A stretch of DNA of 46,907 nt. Origin: Acidobacteriota bacterium. GTDB lineage: Bacteria; Acidobacteriota; UBA4820; DSQY01. The stretch's first letter is position 1. The number at the start of each line of letters is the position of its first letter. The notes beneath the pieces were generated by a model. That model ran no database searches and had not been told where the DNA came from. It saw nothing but the letters and a program-made list of their open reading frames with translations. Both the position numbers and the translations under genes were made by a program. The stretch covers positions 1-46,907 of the forward strand of contig JBMFSH010000020.1 of NCBI GenBank assembly GCA_049967655.1, written 5' to 3'. Shown here piece after piece: positions 36,849 through 46,856 of the stretch.

Positions 36849-38308
36849 CGGGTCACCCATCCGCCCGCCAGGTTCGACACGAGGGAGTCGGCCTCCTTCG
36901 GCCCCATGGAGCCGGCGGCGTAGTTCCGCACCGGGGACCCCGTTTCCAGAAGCGGCGTGTAGAGGCTCCATGCGGCCTCGACCTCATCGGCGTGCACGAA
37001 GAGGGTCTGGTCTCCAACGAGCACGTCGTAGAGCAGCGTCTCGTAGGCCTCGGGCAGGGGCTTGAACGCTTCCGAATAGCGGAAATGGAGCTTCTGGGTG
37101 GCCAGCTCCACCACTTGACCGGGCGTCTTCACCTCGAAGTGCAGGTCGAACCCCTCCTCCGGCTGGATGGTGATCACCAGGACGTTGGAGTGGATCGCGC
37201 AGGTGTCGAAGGGGTGGAAGATGGAGACGGGAGGGCACCGGAAGGCCACGGCGATCTGGCTGACCCGACGGGCCATCCGCTTGCCGGTCCTGAGGATGAA
37301 GGGCACGCCGTGCCAGCGCCAGTTGGCCACCTGGAGGCGCAGGGCCGCGAAGGTCGGCGTGCGCGAGCCCGCGGCCACGCCGGGTTCATTGAGGTAGGCC
37401 GGCACTTCGGCTCCGTCCACCGTTCCGGACCCGTACTGGCCCAGGACCATGTCCTCCGGGCCGATGGGGGCGACGGCCCTCAGTGCCTTGGCCTTCTCCT
37501 GGCGGATGGCGTCCGCGCCGAAGGTGCCCGGAACCTCCATGGCGGTGAGCGCCAGAAGCTGGGTCAGGTGGTTCTGGACCATGTCCCTCATGACCCCGGC
37601 CTGCTCGTAGTAGCCCGCCCGGCCCTCCACGCCGAGGGTCTCGGCCACGGTGATCTGAACGCTTTCCACCCGGTCCCGGTTCCAGAGAGGCTCGAAGAGG
37701 GAGTTGGCGAAGCGGAAGACCAGCAGGTTCTGCACCGTCTCCTTGCCGAGGTAGTGGTCGATCCTGTAGATCTGGGACTCGTCGAAGTACTGGTGCACGA
37801 AATCGTTGAGCGCTTTGGCCGAGGCCAGGTCGCGCCCGAAGGGCTTCTCGATGACGAGGCGCGTCCAGCCCCGGCTGCGGTTCAGGCCGGCCTGGCCCAG
37901 GGCGCCGATGACCTCGGGAAAGGCCTGGGGCGGCAGCGCCAGGTAGAAGACGCGGTGTCCCGGATGGCCGAGCTGGGTCTCGATCTGTACCAGTCGGCGG
38001 TCGTAGGCCTGATAGCTGGCGACGCTTCCGTCGGGCACCGCCTGGTAGAACAGGCGGCTCGCCCAGAGCTTGCCGGCCTCATCACCAGCGGGGGCGGCAC
38101 CGGCCTCCTTGAGCGCTTCGGCGGCCATGGCCCGGAAGCCCCCGTCGTCCATGTCGCTCCCCCGCCCCACGCCGACGATGGCGCTGCCCGGGTGGAGGCG
38201 CCCATCGTTCACCAGATGCGAGAGAGCTGGCAGCAGCTTACGGGTGGAAAGGTCCCCCCGCCCCCCGTGGATCACGAAGAGGATGGGTTCGGGGGCGCCG
38301 GCGGCCAT
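36845..38308 (-). CDS. zwf: Glucose-6-phosphate dehydrogenase
   Basis: [32 protein letters not shown]. Confidence 0.97.
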   Translation of the reverse strand: MAAGAPEPILFVIHGGRGDLSTRKLLPALSHLVNDGRLHPGSAIVGVGRGSDMDDGGFRAMAAEALKEAGAAPAGDEAGKLWASRLFYQAVPDGSVASYQAYDRRLVQIETQLGHPGHRVFYLALPPQAFPEVIGALGQAGLNRSRGWTRLVIEKPFGRDLASAKALNDFVHQYFDESQIYRIDHYLGKETVQNLLVFRFANSLFEPLWNRDRVESVQITVAETLGVEGRAGYYEQAGVMRDMVQNHLTQLLALTAMEVPGTFGADAIRQEKAKALRAVAPIGPEDMVLGQYGSGTVDGAEVPAYLNEPGVAAGSRTPTFAALRLQVANWRWHGVPFILRTGKRMARRVSQIAVAFRCPPVSIFHPFDTCAIHSNVLVITIQPEEGFDLHFEVKTPGQVVELATQKLHFRYSEAFKPLPEAYETLLYDVLVGDQTLFVHADEVEAAWSLYTPLLETGSPVRNYAAGSMGPKEADSLVSNLAGGWVTR

Positions 38309-38311
38309 GGC

Positions 38312-39220
38312 TCAGCCCTCCTTCTTGATGGCGTGGCCGCCGAACTTGTTGCGCATCATGGCCAGGAGGCGGTCCGAGAACGAATCGGCGTCCCGCGAAC
38401 GAAGGCGCTCCATGAGCGAGATGGCGATGACGGGCGCTGGCACGTCCAGATCCACGGCCTCGGCCAGGGTCCAGCGTCCCTCGCCCGAATCCACCACGTA
38501 GGGCGCGATGCCGACGAGCTTCGGGTTCTCCTTCAGCCCTTCGGCGATCAGGTCCAGCAACCAGGAGCGGACCACGCTCCCGTAGCGCCATATCTCGGCC
38601 ACCTGGTCCAGGTTCAGGCTGAAGGCCTCCTTGTGCTGGAGAACCTCGAACCCCTCCGCGTAGGCCTCCATCAGGCCGTATTCGATACCGTTATGGACCA
38701 TCTTGACGAAATGGCCCGCCCCGCAAGGGCCCACGTGGCCCCAGCCCTTGTCCGCGGCCGGCGCGAGGGCCTCAAAAAGGGGGCGCAGGTGGTCCACAAC
38801 GGCCTTCTCTCCGCCCACCATGAGGCTGTAGCCTTCGGCCAGCCCCCAGATGCCGCCGCTGGTACCGCAGTCCACGTAGTCGATTCCGCGGGACTTCAGT
38901 TCCTTCGCGCGGCGGAGGGAATCCTTGTAGTAGGAGTTGCCGCCGTCCACGAAGACGTCCCCCTTCTGCGCCACGGCCAGGAGGGACTGGATGGTCTCGT
39001 CCACGGGGGCGCCGGCCGGAACCATCAGCCAAAAGGTCCGCGGCGGCCGCAGCCGCCCGGCCAGCTCCCGCAGGTCGTCGGCCCCGCCGGCCCCCTTTTC
39101 CACCAGGGCACGGACGGCATCGGGGTTCTTGTCGTATCCATACACGTCATGTCCGTGTTGGAGCAGCCGCTCGGCCATGTTGGCCCCCATGCGGCCCAGA
39201 CCTATCATCGCGATTTGCAT
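38312..39220 (-). CDS. gnd: 6-phosphogluconate dehydrogenase (short, decarboxylating)
   Basis: IGLGRMG, DGGNS, DCGTSGG, GHFVKMVHNGIEYG, RNKFGGH. Confidence 0.96.
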   Translation of the reverse strand: MQIAMIGLGRMGANMAERLLQHGHDVYGYDKNPDAVRALVEKGAGGADDLRELAGRLRPPRTFWLMVPAGAPVDETIQSLLAVAQKGDVFVDGGNSYYKDSLRRAKELKSRGIDYVDCGTSGGIWGLAEGYSLMVGGEKAVVDHLRPLFEALAPAADKGWGHVGPCGAGHFVKMVHNGIEYGLMEAYAEGFEVLQHKEAFSLNLDQVAEIWRYGSVVRSWLLDLIAEGLKENPKLVGIAPYVVDSGEGRWTLAEAVDLDVPAPVIAISLMERLRSRDADSFSDRLLAMMRNKFGGHAIKKEG

Positions 39221-39263
39221 TTCGGTCTCCTAGGGTGGGGCCGGCCGTCGGCCGGCCCTGTCT

Positions 39264-42011
39264 TCAGCCGGCCAGCGCGACCAAGAGGAGCTCCAGGCCG
39301 GCGGGCGCGTCGCGTCCCACATTGACCCTGAGCACCCGTCGTTTCCTCTGCCGCAGGGCATCCAGGTCGCCCAACGCCTGCGCCCGGATCAGGGCGCCGA
39401 AGGTGAAATCGGTCTCCGGCACCGCCACCGATTCGGCCGGTTCGTCCACGATCTGCAAGAACAGGCCCGTATTGGGGCCACCCTTATGAAGCTGCCCGGT
39501 GGAGTGGAGGAAGCGAGGTCCGTAGCCCGTGGTCACGGCGATGCCCAGCCGCCTTCGGAGCCGCACCGCGATCTCCTTGAGGCGCCGGTCCACCTCCACC
39601 CGAGGGGCGAGATAGGCCTGAAGGCACGCGTAGTCGCCGGGATGGCCCTGGCCGAGCCAGCCCTCCAGCGAGCGGGCCAGGGACCCCGCATTCTTCGCGC
39701 TCACCTCTTCAGCGGGCGCTCCGCCGCCTCCGCCCCTGGCCATGGCCTTCTTCGCGAGGTCCTTCGCCAGCTGCACGTCGGGCTGGTTGAAGGGCTGGAT
39801 GCCCAGCACCGCTCCCGCCGAGGCCACCGCCACCTCCCAGCGGAAGAACTCTCCACCCAGGGCCTCCAGCGAGCCGAGGGGTAACTCGATCACGGGGTGA
39901 CCGGCCTTGCGAAGATCGGCCCGCAGCTTCGCACTGGCCTCGTTACCCGTCCCACCGAGGGTCAGAGAGACAAAGAGCCGATCCTCGCCGTACTCGTTGG
40001 CCTTTCCCAGGGGCTCGCCCGCGACGGGGACGATACCTTTGCCCTCTTTTCCCGTGCTCTCGGCGATGAGCTGCTCGATCCACACGGGAAAGGCCGCCAG
40101 GGCCTCGTCGGCGAAGAAGGTCACCTTGTCGCGCCCTCCCTTGGCCAGCTCTCCGAGGATCGCGCCGAGCTGGAGGCCCGGGTTGCGCGCGGCATCATGG
40201 TCCGCGCACCGCCGGGCCATGGCGCGGCCGGACTCCAGTAGGGTCCGCACGGGAACGCCCATCAGCGCCGCCGGCGCCAGGCCGAAGTGGGTGAGCGCCG
40301 AATAACGCCCCCCCACCTCCGGATTGGCCTGGAAGACTCTCCTGAATCCCCGCGCTTCCGCCAGCGACTGCAGCGGCGTCCCTGGGTCCGTGATGGCCAC
40401 GAAGTGCCTTCCCGGCGTCTTCGTGAGGGCCGCCACGCGGGTCCAGAAATAGCGGAAGAGGGAGAGGGTCTCCAGCGTCGTTCCGGACTTGCTCGATACC
40501 ATGAAGAGGGTCCGCTTCGTATCGAGCCGCTCCGCCAAGTCCAGAACGGCCCGAGGGTGGGTGCTGTCCAGCACGGCCAGCTCCGGGGCGCCTTGGGAGG
40601 CCGCGAAGGTCCTGCTGAAGACCTCGGGCGCCAGGCTCGAACCGCCCATTCCCAAAACCACCGCGTGACGCAGCCCCTCCTCCCTCACCTCGGTCGCCAA
40701 AGCTTCCAAATCGGCCGCCGCCTCGAGCATCGTTTCGGGGAGGTTCAGCCAGCCCAGCCGGTCCGCGAGCTCCGGGACTTGCCGCTCGGACCAGAGGGTC
40801 GTGTCCTTTTTCCAAAGCCTCGCGGCGAACTTTTCCCCGCTCCACGCCGCCAGGCGCGCCTCCACGGCGTCCGCCGAAGCACCGAGGCCCAACCGGGAGC
40901 CGATGGATCCGCCGGGCGTCGCGAGGGCCTTCCGACGCTCCGAAATGGTCGCCAGAAGGCGATCGTAGGAGTCGGAAAAGGCCTTCACCCCCTCCTCCTG
41001 CAAGCGCTCGGTGACCGCCCTTAGGTCGACGCCCAGAGCCTCCAGCCGAGCCAGATCGGCCGCCGCTTGATCCATCCCCTCGCTCAGCGAGGCCCTGGGC
41101 TTCCCGTGGTCGCGGAAGGCCGCCAGCGTCTCCGGAGGAAGGGTGTTGACGGTGTCGGCGCCGATGAGCTCCTCCACGTAGAGGACGTCGCGGTAGGCCG
41201 GGTTCTTGGTGCTCGTGCTGGCCCAGAGAGGGCGCTGTGCGTGCGCCCCCTTCTGGGCGAACGGCTGGAAGGCCTTCCCGTGAAACAGCTCCCGGAACCG
41301 CCGATAGGCCATCTTCGCGTTGGCGACGGCGATGCGGCCCCGCAGAGCCAGCGCCTCTTCGCTGCCGACGGCTTCGAGCGCCTCGTCCACGGCCGTGTCC
41401 ACCCGGCTGACAAAGAAGGAGGCCACGGAGGCCACCCGCTCCGGCCGTTCGGCCCTGGCCAGGCCCCTGAGGTAGGCCGCGCTGACGGCCTCGTAATGGT
41501 CCATGGAGAACATGAGCGTGACGTTGACACTAATCTCCTCCGCGATGAGGGTCTCGATGGCCGGGATCCCCTCCCTCGTGGCGGGGACCTTGATCAGGAG
41601 GTTCGCCCTGTTCACCTCGCTCCAGAGCCGGCGCGCCTCCTCCACCGTGCCCGGCGTGTCGCGCGCCAGCCGCGGCGACACCTCCAGGCTGACGAAGCCG
41701 TCCGTGCCGCCGCTCTCTTGATAGACACCGAGAAGGAGGTCGCAGGCTCGCTGGATATCCTGCACGGCGATGCGCTCGAAGATCTCGGCGTCCGTTGCCT
41801 CGGGCACCTCGGCCAGGAGCGTCCTCAGCCGGGTCTCGTAGCCGGGATCGCCGGCCAGCGCCTTCTGGAAGATGGAGGGGTTGCTCGTGACCCCCCGCAC
41901 GCCGTCCTCCCTCACCAGGCGGGCCAGTTCGCCCGAATCCAGGAGATCGGCGCGAATGTAGTCCAGCCACACCGATTGACCGTACTCGTGAAGCTCCTGC
42001 AAGGGATTCAT
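39264..42011 (-). CDS. tal-pgi: Bifunctional transaldolase / glucose-6-phosphate isomerase
   Basis: N-terminal GQSVWLD, TSNPSIF, IKVPAT, NVTLMFS, ASFFVSRVD; C-terminal LGMGGSSL, SSKSGTT.E, GGRYS, QLIAESTGK, FNQPDV. Start MNPL at 42011. Confidence 0.94.
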   Translation of the reverse strand: MNPLQELHEYGQSVWLDYIRADLLDSGELARLVREDGVRGVTSNPSIFQKALAGDPGYETRLRTLLAEVPEATDAEIFERIAVQDIQRACDLLLGVYQESGGTDGFVSLEVSPRLARDTPGTVEEARRLWSEVNRANLLIKVPATREGIPAIETLIAEEISVNVTLMFSMDHYEAVSAAYLRGLARAERPERVASVASFFVSRVDTAVDEALEAVGSEEALALRGRIAVANAKMAYRRFRELFHGKAFQPFAQKGAHAQRPLWASTSTKNPAYRDVLYVEELIGADTVNTLPPETLAAFRDHGKPRASLSEGMDQAAADLARLEALGVDLRAVTERLQEEGVKAFSDSYDRLLATISERRKALATPGGSIGSRLGLGASADAVEARLAAWSGEKFAARLWKKDTTLWSERQVPELADRLGWLNLPETMLEAAADLEALATEVREEGLRHAVVLGMGGSSLAPEVFSRTFAASQGAPELAVLDSTHPRAVLDLAERLDTKRTLFMVSSKSGTTLETLSLFRYFWTRVAALTKTPGRHFVAITDPGTPLQSLAEARGFRRVFQANPEVGGRYSALTHFGLAPAALMGVPVRTLLESGRAMARRCADHDAARNPGLQLGAILGELAKGGRDKVTFFADEALAAFPVWIEQLIAESTGKEGKGIVPVAGEPLGKANEYGEDRLFVSLTLGGTGNEASAKLRADLRKAGHPVIELPLGSLEALGGEFFRWEVAVASAGAVLGIQPFNQPDVQLAKDLAKKAMARGGGGGAPAEEVSAKNAGSLARSLEGWLGQGHPGDYACLQAYLAPRVEVDRRLKEIAVRLRRRLGIAVTTGYGPRFLHSTGQLHKGGPNTGLFLQIVDEPAESVAVPETDFTFGALIRAQALGDLDALRQRKRRVLRVNVGRDAPAGLELLLVALAG

Positions 42012-42075
42012 GGGGAAGCCTCCTCTGGCCCGCCGGCTCGCCCGGCGGACGACGGTATTTCCCGGATGCCTTTTC

Positions 42076-43038
42076 TCACGCTCCCGCCAGCCGGTGGCGA
42101 GCCATGGCGGCCGCTCCGACCACGCCCGAATCGGGCCCCAGCTTGGCCTTGGCGAAGAGGACCCCCTGCGCCGCGGCGCCCAGGGCCAGGGAGGGAACCC
42201 TTCGGGCCACTTCATCCAGGAGAGAGGGGTTGCCCTCCACCACTCCCCCTCCGAGCACGACCACACTTGGGCTGAAGGCGTTGACCATGCCGGCGAGACC
42301 CGTCGCAAGGTACTCCGCCGTCTCCTTCATGAGCGCTTGACAGAATCCGTCGCCCTTCGCCGCGAGCTGTGCCACGTGCTTCGCCGTGACGGCCCGCGCC
42401 TCCCCGGCCAGGGCGATCAGCGCGGCACCTCCCACTTTATCCATGGCCTCGGCCTCTCGCGCTCTTTCGGCGATGGCCCAGCCGCCCACGTACGCCTCCA
42501 GGCAACCGCGCCCGGGGCAGGAGCACTTCCGCCCGCCGAAGAGCAGCGCCGTGTGGCCCAGTTCGCCCGCCGTGTTGTTAGCCCCTTCGAGCATGCGGCC
42601 GCCGGAGACCACGCCGCCACCCACGCCCGTCCCCACGAAAAGGCAGATCATGTCTGCCCGCCCCTCGCCTGCGCCGTGGCGCCACTCGCCCCAGGCGGCG
42701 GCCCGCACGTCGTTGGTGACGCGCACCGGCAGTCCGAGGGCGCGGGAGAGATCGCCCGCCAGATCTACGTCGAACCATCGTAGGTTGGGCGCCGAGCGCA
42801 CCCGGCCCGAGCGTCCCTCCACCTGCCCCGCCACGCCAATGCCCACCGCCTCCGCCCGCCCGCCGTGGGCGCTGAGTCCGCCGCTCGCAAGGCGGCAGAT
42901 GGTTGCGATGACGGCTTTGTAGCCCTTCTCCGCCCCCGTCGGGCGCTCTTCCACCCACGCGATGCTTCCGTCGGCATCCACCAGGGCGGCCCTGACCTTC
43001 GTTCCCCCCAAGTCCACACCCAGGGTTACGGACGACAT
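42076..43038 (-). CDS. glk: ROK-family sugar kinase (glucokinase)
   Basis: GVDLGGTK, NDVRAAAWGE, GTGVGGG, GELGH, CSCPGRGCLE; AAGGAG SD. Confidence 0.9.
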   Translation of the reverse strand: MSSVTLGVDLGGTKVRAALVDADGSIAWVEERPTGAEKGYKAVIATICRLASGGLSAHGGRAEAVGIGVAGQVEGRSGRVRSAPNLRWFDVDLAGDLSRALGLPVRVTNDVRAAAWGEWRHGAGEGRADMICLFVGTGVGGGVVSGGRMLEGANNTAGELGHTALLFGGRKCSCPGRGCLEAYVGGWAIAERAREAEAMDKVGGAALIALAGEARAVTAKHVAQLAAKGDGFCQALMKETAEYLATGLAGMVNAFSPSVVVLGGGVVEGNPSLLDEVARRVPSLALGAAAQGVLFAKAKLGPDSGVVGAAAMARHRLAGA

Positions 43039-43137
43039 CACGACTCCTTCGCGGAGCTTGTTTTTTTCTGAGAGCGGCCTCGTGACATCCCGGCTTCTCG
43101 GCACTTCCGGCCACCGGTTCATGGGACCCTCGTCCCG

Positions 43138-43166
43138 ATTATAGGGAACCCAAGCCCACAACGCAA
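43138..43166 (-). promoter_or_regulatory. Sigma70 promoter of the glk/tal-pgi/gnd/zwf/pgl operon
   Basis: TTGCGT (43161-43166), 17 bp, TATAAT (43138-43143). Confidence 0.65.
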
Positions 43167-43201
43167 AATTCCTGTGCCACGCGGACGCGCCCTTCCTCTA
43201 C

Positions 43202-44284
43202 ATGTGCGGGGGCAATGCGGGAGACTGCATCCAACAGCCAGGGACTACCCAGCAGCTCGACACCCTCGGCGACCGCCTCATGTACCGCCTGCAGTACCGC
43301 AACATGGGTACCTTCCAATCGCTCGTGGTAAACCACACGGTGGACGTGGACGGCACCAACCACGCGGGTGTGCGCTGGTATGAACTACACAACAACTCGG
43401 GCACCTGGAGCCTGTACCAGCAGGGAAGCTACGCCCCCGACGGCGACAGCCGCTGGATGGGCAGCACCGCCATGGACCACGAGGGCGACCTCGCCATCGG
43501 CTACAGCGTCTCCAGCAGCACCACCTACCCCTCCATCCGCTACGCGGGGCGCCTCGCCGGGGACCCACTCAACGAATTGACCCAGGCGGAGGCCACCCTC
43601 ATCGCAGGAACCGGATCGCAGACCACCAAGTACGATCGGTGGGGTGACTACAGCACCCTGAGCATCGATCCTTCGGACGACTGCACCTTCTGGTACACGC
43701 AGGAGTACTACCCCGCCACCAGCGAGGTGGGCTGGCACACTCGGATCGGCTCCTTCCGCTTCCCCTCCTGCGGCGTGACCGTCACCCCCTCGGCCGCTCC
43801 GGCCACGGGCAGCATCCCCTTCACCACAACCCTGAGCGCCGCCGTCGCGGGCGGACAGGCTCCCTTGACCTACGACTGGGATTTCGGCGATGGCAGCGCC
43901 CACTCCAGCGACGCCTCACCCAGCCACACCTACACCACCGTGGGCACCTTCACCTATTCGGTGACGGTGACGGACGCCCTGAAGTTTTCCGTGACGACCC
44001 AGGGATCGGTGGTTGCCACCGTTCCGCCTCCGGTGATCTCGGCCGTCAAGAAGCAGGCCCCGCCCTTCCGCCTCGTTCTCACGGGCAGCAACCTCCATGA
44101 CGGATGCACAATCTTCGTCAACGGGACCTCGGTGCCCCAGAGCCTCTGGAAAAACGCGGGCAAGGTTGTCGCCAAGGGCGGCTCGGCCCTCAAGGCCATG
44201 GTCCCCAAGGGCACGACCGTCCAGATTACCGTCAAGAACAACGACGACGGAGGAATCTCCGCACCTTACAGTTTCAGCTACTGA
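43202..44284 (+). pseudogene. 5'-truncated gene for a secreted PKD-domain protein
   Basis: Starts mid-domain (CIQQPGT..LDTLGDRLMYRLQYRN...RWGDYS..SIDPSDDCTFWYT.EY), then a PKD domain (YDWDFGDG...HTY) and an Ig-like tail. No signal peptide or SD; in-frame TAG at 43142. Confidence 0.6.
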
Positions 44285-44471
44285 GCCCCGCCTCTGAGGG
44301 GCAATGAAGGGGAACGGGGCGCGCGGCTATCTGCTGGGCGCCCCGTTCCTTTTGTTATCCGCCTCGAGCGCAAGAAGCTACAGAAATATCCGCCGACTTC
44401 AACCCTGCTGGTGCCGGTCCTCGATGCCGTCCACGGTGGGCCGCGGAGCACCTCGCGCGGCTGAAGGCCCG

Positions 44472-44480
44472 TGCTATAAT
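44472..44480 (+). promoter_or_regulatory. Extended -10 promoter of purN-tyrS-tatA
   Basis: Perfect TGcTATAAT about 40 nt upstream of the purN start. Confidence 0.65.
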
Positions 44481-44521
44481 GCACGGTCAACGGGGCCTTG
44501 GGCCTCGGTGTGGAGGTGGGA

Positions 44522-45178
44522 GTGAAGCGGGTGGGCATTCTTATTTCGGGCCGCGGCTCGAACATGGTGGCGTTGCTGGAGGCTATGGAACGGGGCGAGG
44601 TGCCCGCGCGGTGCGCGCTGGTGCTCTCCAACGCGCCTGAAGCGCCTGGGCTGGCGAGCGCGGCCGAGCGGGGCGTCCCCACGGCGGTGGTGGACCACAA
44701 GCTATCGGCCACGCGCGAGGAGCACGACGCCAAGGTGATCGCCAGCCTCCGCGAGGCGGGCGCCGAGATCGTCTGCCTGGCGGGCTACATGCGCTTGCTC
44801 TCTCCCCTCTTCGTGCGGGCCTTCCCCAACCGCATCCTCAACATCCACCCGGCTCTGCTACCGGCCTTTCCAGGGCTCCACGTCCAGCGCAAGGCCATCG
44901 AGCACGGCGCGCGCTTCTCGGGGTGCACGGTGCACGTCGTGGACGAGGAGTGCGACCACGGCCCGATCGTCCTGCAGGCGGTGGTGCCCGTCTTGCCCGG
45001 GGACACGGAGGAGAGCCTGAGCACGCGCATCCTCCGCTACGAGCACCGGACCTATCCAGCGGCGCTTCGCCTGATGTGCGAGGAGAAGGTGGTCATCGAG
45101 GGGCGGCGGACCCGCCTGCTGCTCTCCTCCGAGGAGTACATCCAACTGCTTTCGGCCCTCATGGACCGGGGAGACTGA
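44522..45178 (+). CDS. purN: Phosphoribosylglycinamide formyltransferase
   Basis: ISGRGSN, LAGYMR, LNIHPALLP.FPG, GCTVH.VDE..DHGPI; GTG start with GGAGG SD. Confidence 0.96.
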   Translation: MKRVGILISGRGSNMVALLEAMERGEVPARCALVLSNAPEAPGLASAAERGVPTAVVDHKLSATREEHDAKVIASLREAGAEIVCLAGYMRLLSPLFVRAFPNRILNIHPALLPAFPGLHVQRKAIEHGARFSGCTVHVVDEECDHGPIVLQAVVPVLPGDTEESLSTRILRYEHRTYPAALRLMCEEKVVIEGRRTRLLLSSEEYIQLLSALMDRGD

Positions 45179-45181
45179 CGC

Positions 45182-46405
45182 ATGGACGCGACCGTGGACG
45201 AGGCCCTGGCTTACCTCACCAAGGGGGCCGTGGACCTGGTGGACGAGGCCCTCCTCAAGAAGAAGCTGGAACGCTCCCGCAAGACTGGCCAGCCGCTGGT
45301 CGTGAAGGCCGGCTTCGACCCCTCGGCGCCGGACCTCCACCTGGGCCACACGGTGGTGCTCCGAAAGATGAAGCACTTTCAGGACCTGGGCCACACCGTG
45401 GTCTTCGTGATCGGTGACTTCACGGGGATGATCGGAGACCCCACGGGGAAAAAGGCGACGAGGCCCCAGCTCACGCGCGAACAGGTGGAGGAGAACGCCC
45501 AGACCTACCGGCGGCAGGTCTTCAAGATCCTGGACCGGGAGCAGACCTCCATCCGCTTCAATTCGGAGTGGCTCTCCAAGCTGGGGGCCGAGGGCTTCAT
45601 CCGCCTGGCCGGCAAGTACACGCTGGCCCGCATGTTGGAGCGCGACGACTTCAAGAAGCGCTACCAGGCCCAGCAGCCCATCCACATCCACGAGCTGCTC
45701 TACCCCCTCGCCCAGGCCTACGACTCCGTGGCCCTGAAGGCGGACGTGGAGCTGGGCGGCACGGACCAGCTCTTCAACCTTCTCGTGGGGCGAGACATCC
45801 AGCGCGAGTTCGGCCAGGAGGAGCAGGTGGTGCTCACCATGCCCCTGCTGGAGGGCACCGACGGCGTGGAGAAGATGTCCAAGTCGCTCGGTAACTACAT
45901 CGGCATCAACGAGGCCCCCGCGGAGATCTACGGTAAGGTCATGAGCGTCTCGGACGCGATGATGTGGCGCTACTACCTGCTGGCCACCGACAGGACACCC
46001 GCCGAGGTGGAGGGGCTGAAGGCGGCGGTGGCCTCGGGTGAGCTTCACCCCATGCAGGCCAAGCGGGATCTGGCCTCCACGCTCGTCTCTTACTACCACG
46101 GGCCCAAGGCCGCGGCGGAGGCGGGAGCGCAGTTCACGCGCGTCTTCAGCCAACGGCAGGAACCGGAGAAGCTCGAAGAGTCCCACCTGCCCTGCTCCGA
46201 GGCTCCCCTCCCCTTCTACAAGCTGCTCACCGAGCTGGGGCTGGCCTCCTCCGGGAGCGAGGCCAAGCGGCTCATGCAGCAGGGAGGCGTGACGCTGGAC
46301 GGGACCAAGGTCACGGACATCGCCGCGGCCTTCGACCGAACCCGCAAAGCGTGCTATGTTATTAAGGTGGGCAAGCTCAAGCACAGGAAGCTTATCGTCG
46401 ATTAA
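45182..46405 (+). CDS. tyrS: Tyrosine--tRNA ligase
   Basis: [13 protein letters not shown] (HIGH), ELGGTDQ.FN, KMSKS, C-terminal S4 domain. Confidence 0.97.
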   Translation: MDATVDEALAYLTKGAVDLVDEALLKKKLERSRKTGQPLVVKAGFDPSAPDLHLGHTVVLRKMKHFQDLGHTVVFVIGDFTGMIGDPTGKKATRPQLTREQVEENAQTYRRQVFKILDREQTSIRFNSEWLSKLGAEGFIRLAGKYTLARMLERDDFKKRYQAQQPIHIHELLYPLAQAYDSVALKADVELGGTDQLFNLLVGRDIQREFGQEEQVVLTMPLLEGTDGVEKMSKSLGNYIGINEAPAEIYGKVMSVSDAMMWRYYLLATDRTPAEVEGLKAAVASGELHPMQAKRDLASTLVSYYHGPKAAAEAGAQFTRVFSQRQEPEKLEESHLPCSEAPLPFYKLLTELGLASSGSEAKRLMQQGGVTLDGTKVTDIAAAFDRTRKACYVIKVGKLKHRKLIVD

Positions 46406-46414
46406 GGAGAGCGC

Positions 46415-46714
46415 ATGTCCCTTCTGCCCGCTCTGGCCCTCTTCGGAACCATCGGCACGCCCGAGCTGCTGATCATCCTCTTCATCCTGCTGCTCATCTT
46501 CGGCGCCTCCAAGCTCCCCCAACTGGGGGGCGCGGTGGGCAAGACCATCCGGAACTTCAAGTCGGAGATGAAGGACGGCCAGGCGGAGGAGCCGAAGCGT
46601 GCCAAGACGAAGGCCTCAAGCGCCGCCGGCGAGGCGCGATTCTGCCCCTCCTGCGGCGCTCCCGTCTTCGACGAGGGAGCGAAGTTCTGCGCCAAGTGCG
46701 GCAAAAGCTTCTGA
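46415..46714 (+). CDS. tatA: TatA/E translocase subunit with C-terminal zinc-ribbon domain
   Basis: [34 protein letters not shown], then FCPSCG...AKFCAKCG. Confidence 0.9.
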   Translation: MSLLPALALFGTIGTPELLIILFILLLIFGASKLPQLGGAVGKTIRNFKSEMKDGQAEEPKRAKTKASSAAGEARFCPSCGAPVFDEGAKFCAKCGKSF

Positions 46715-46720
46715 GTCTGA

Positions 46721-46746
46721 GCTTTGCCCTTCGACGGGGGTAAGGC
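46721..46746 (+). terminator. Hairpin after tatA, possible terminator
   Basis: GCTTTGCCCTT-CGAC-GGGGGTAAGGC: 11-bp stem with G-U pairs, no U-tract. Confidence 0.4.
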
Positions 46747-46783
46747 CTGGTGGCCCATCGGATGCCCTTGCAATTCTCCTTTG

Positions 46784-46856
46784 CCCCAAATTCCGCGATG
46801 GAAACGCGGGTGCCTCCGGCTACCGCTCCAGTTCACGGGGGAAAGGCGTTGTCTCC
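46784..46856 (-). repeat. Dispersed ~72-bp repeat, copy 3
   Basis: Reverse complement reads GGAGACAACGCCTTTCCCCCGTGAACTGGAGCGGTAGCCGGAGGCACCCGCGTTTCCATCGCGGAATTTGGGG. Confidence 0.95.

Noticed and set aside
36992..39325. 777-aa plus-strand ORF (and similar long ORFs at 10326-11924, 32194-33291, 44858-46522)
   Set aside because: Antisense shadows of zwf/gnd, sufB, hybC and tyrS, as expected in high-GC DNA; no recognisable motifs.
43163..43180. Sigma54-like TGGCAC...TTGC upstream of glk
   Set aside because: The GG-to-GC spacing is 12 nt rather than the required 10; a sigma70 promoter explains the region.
46712..46746. tatA TGA-GTC-TGA plus hairpin as Sec recoding
   Set aside because: The zinc ribbon already has four Cys, readthrough would add only two residues, and the hairpin fits a terminator better.
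46784..46856. Dispersed repeat as a c-di-GMP-I riboswitch or CRISPR repeat
   Set aside because: Only GCCUCCGG and a GAAA-containing loop resemble the riboswitch; the GCAAA/GACGCAAA core is missing and copies lie at gene 3' ends. Copies are kilobases apart, so there is no repeat-spacer array.
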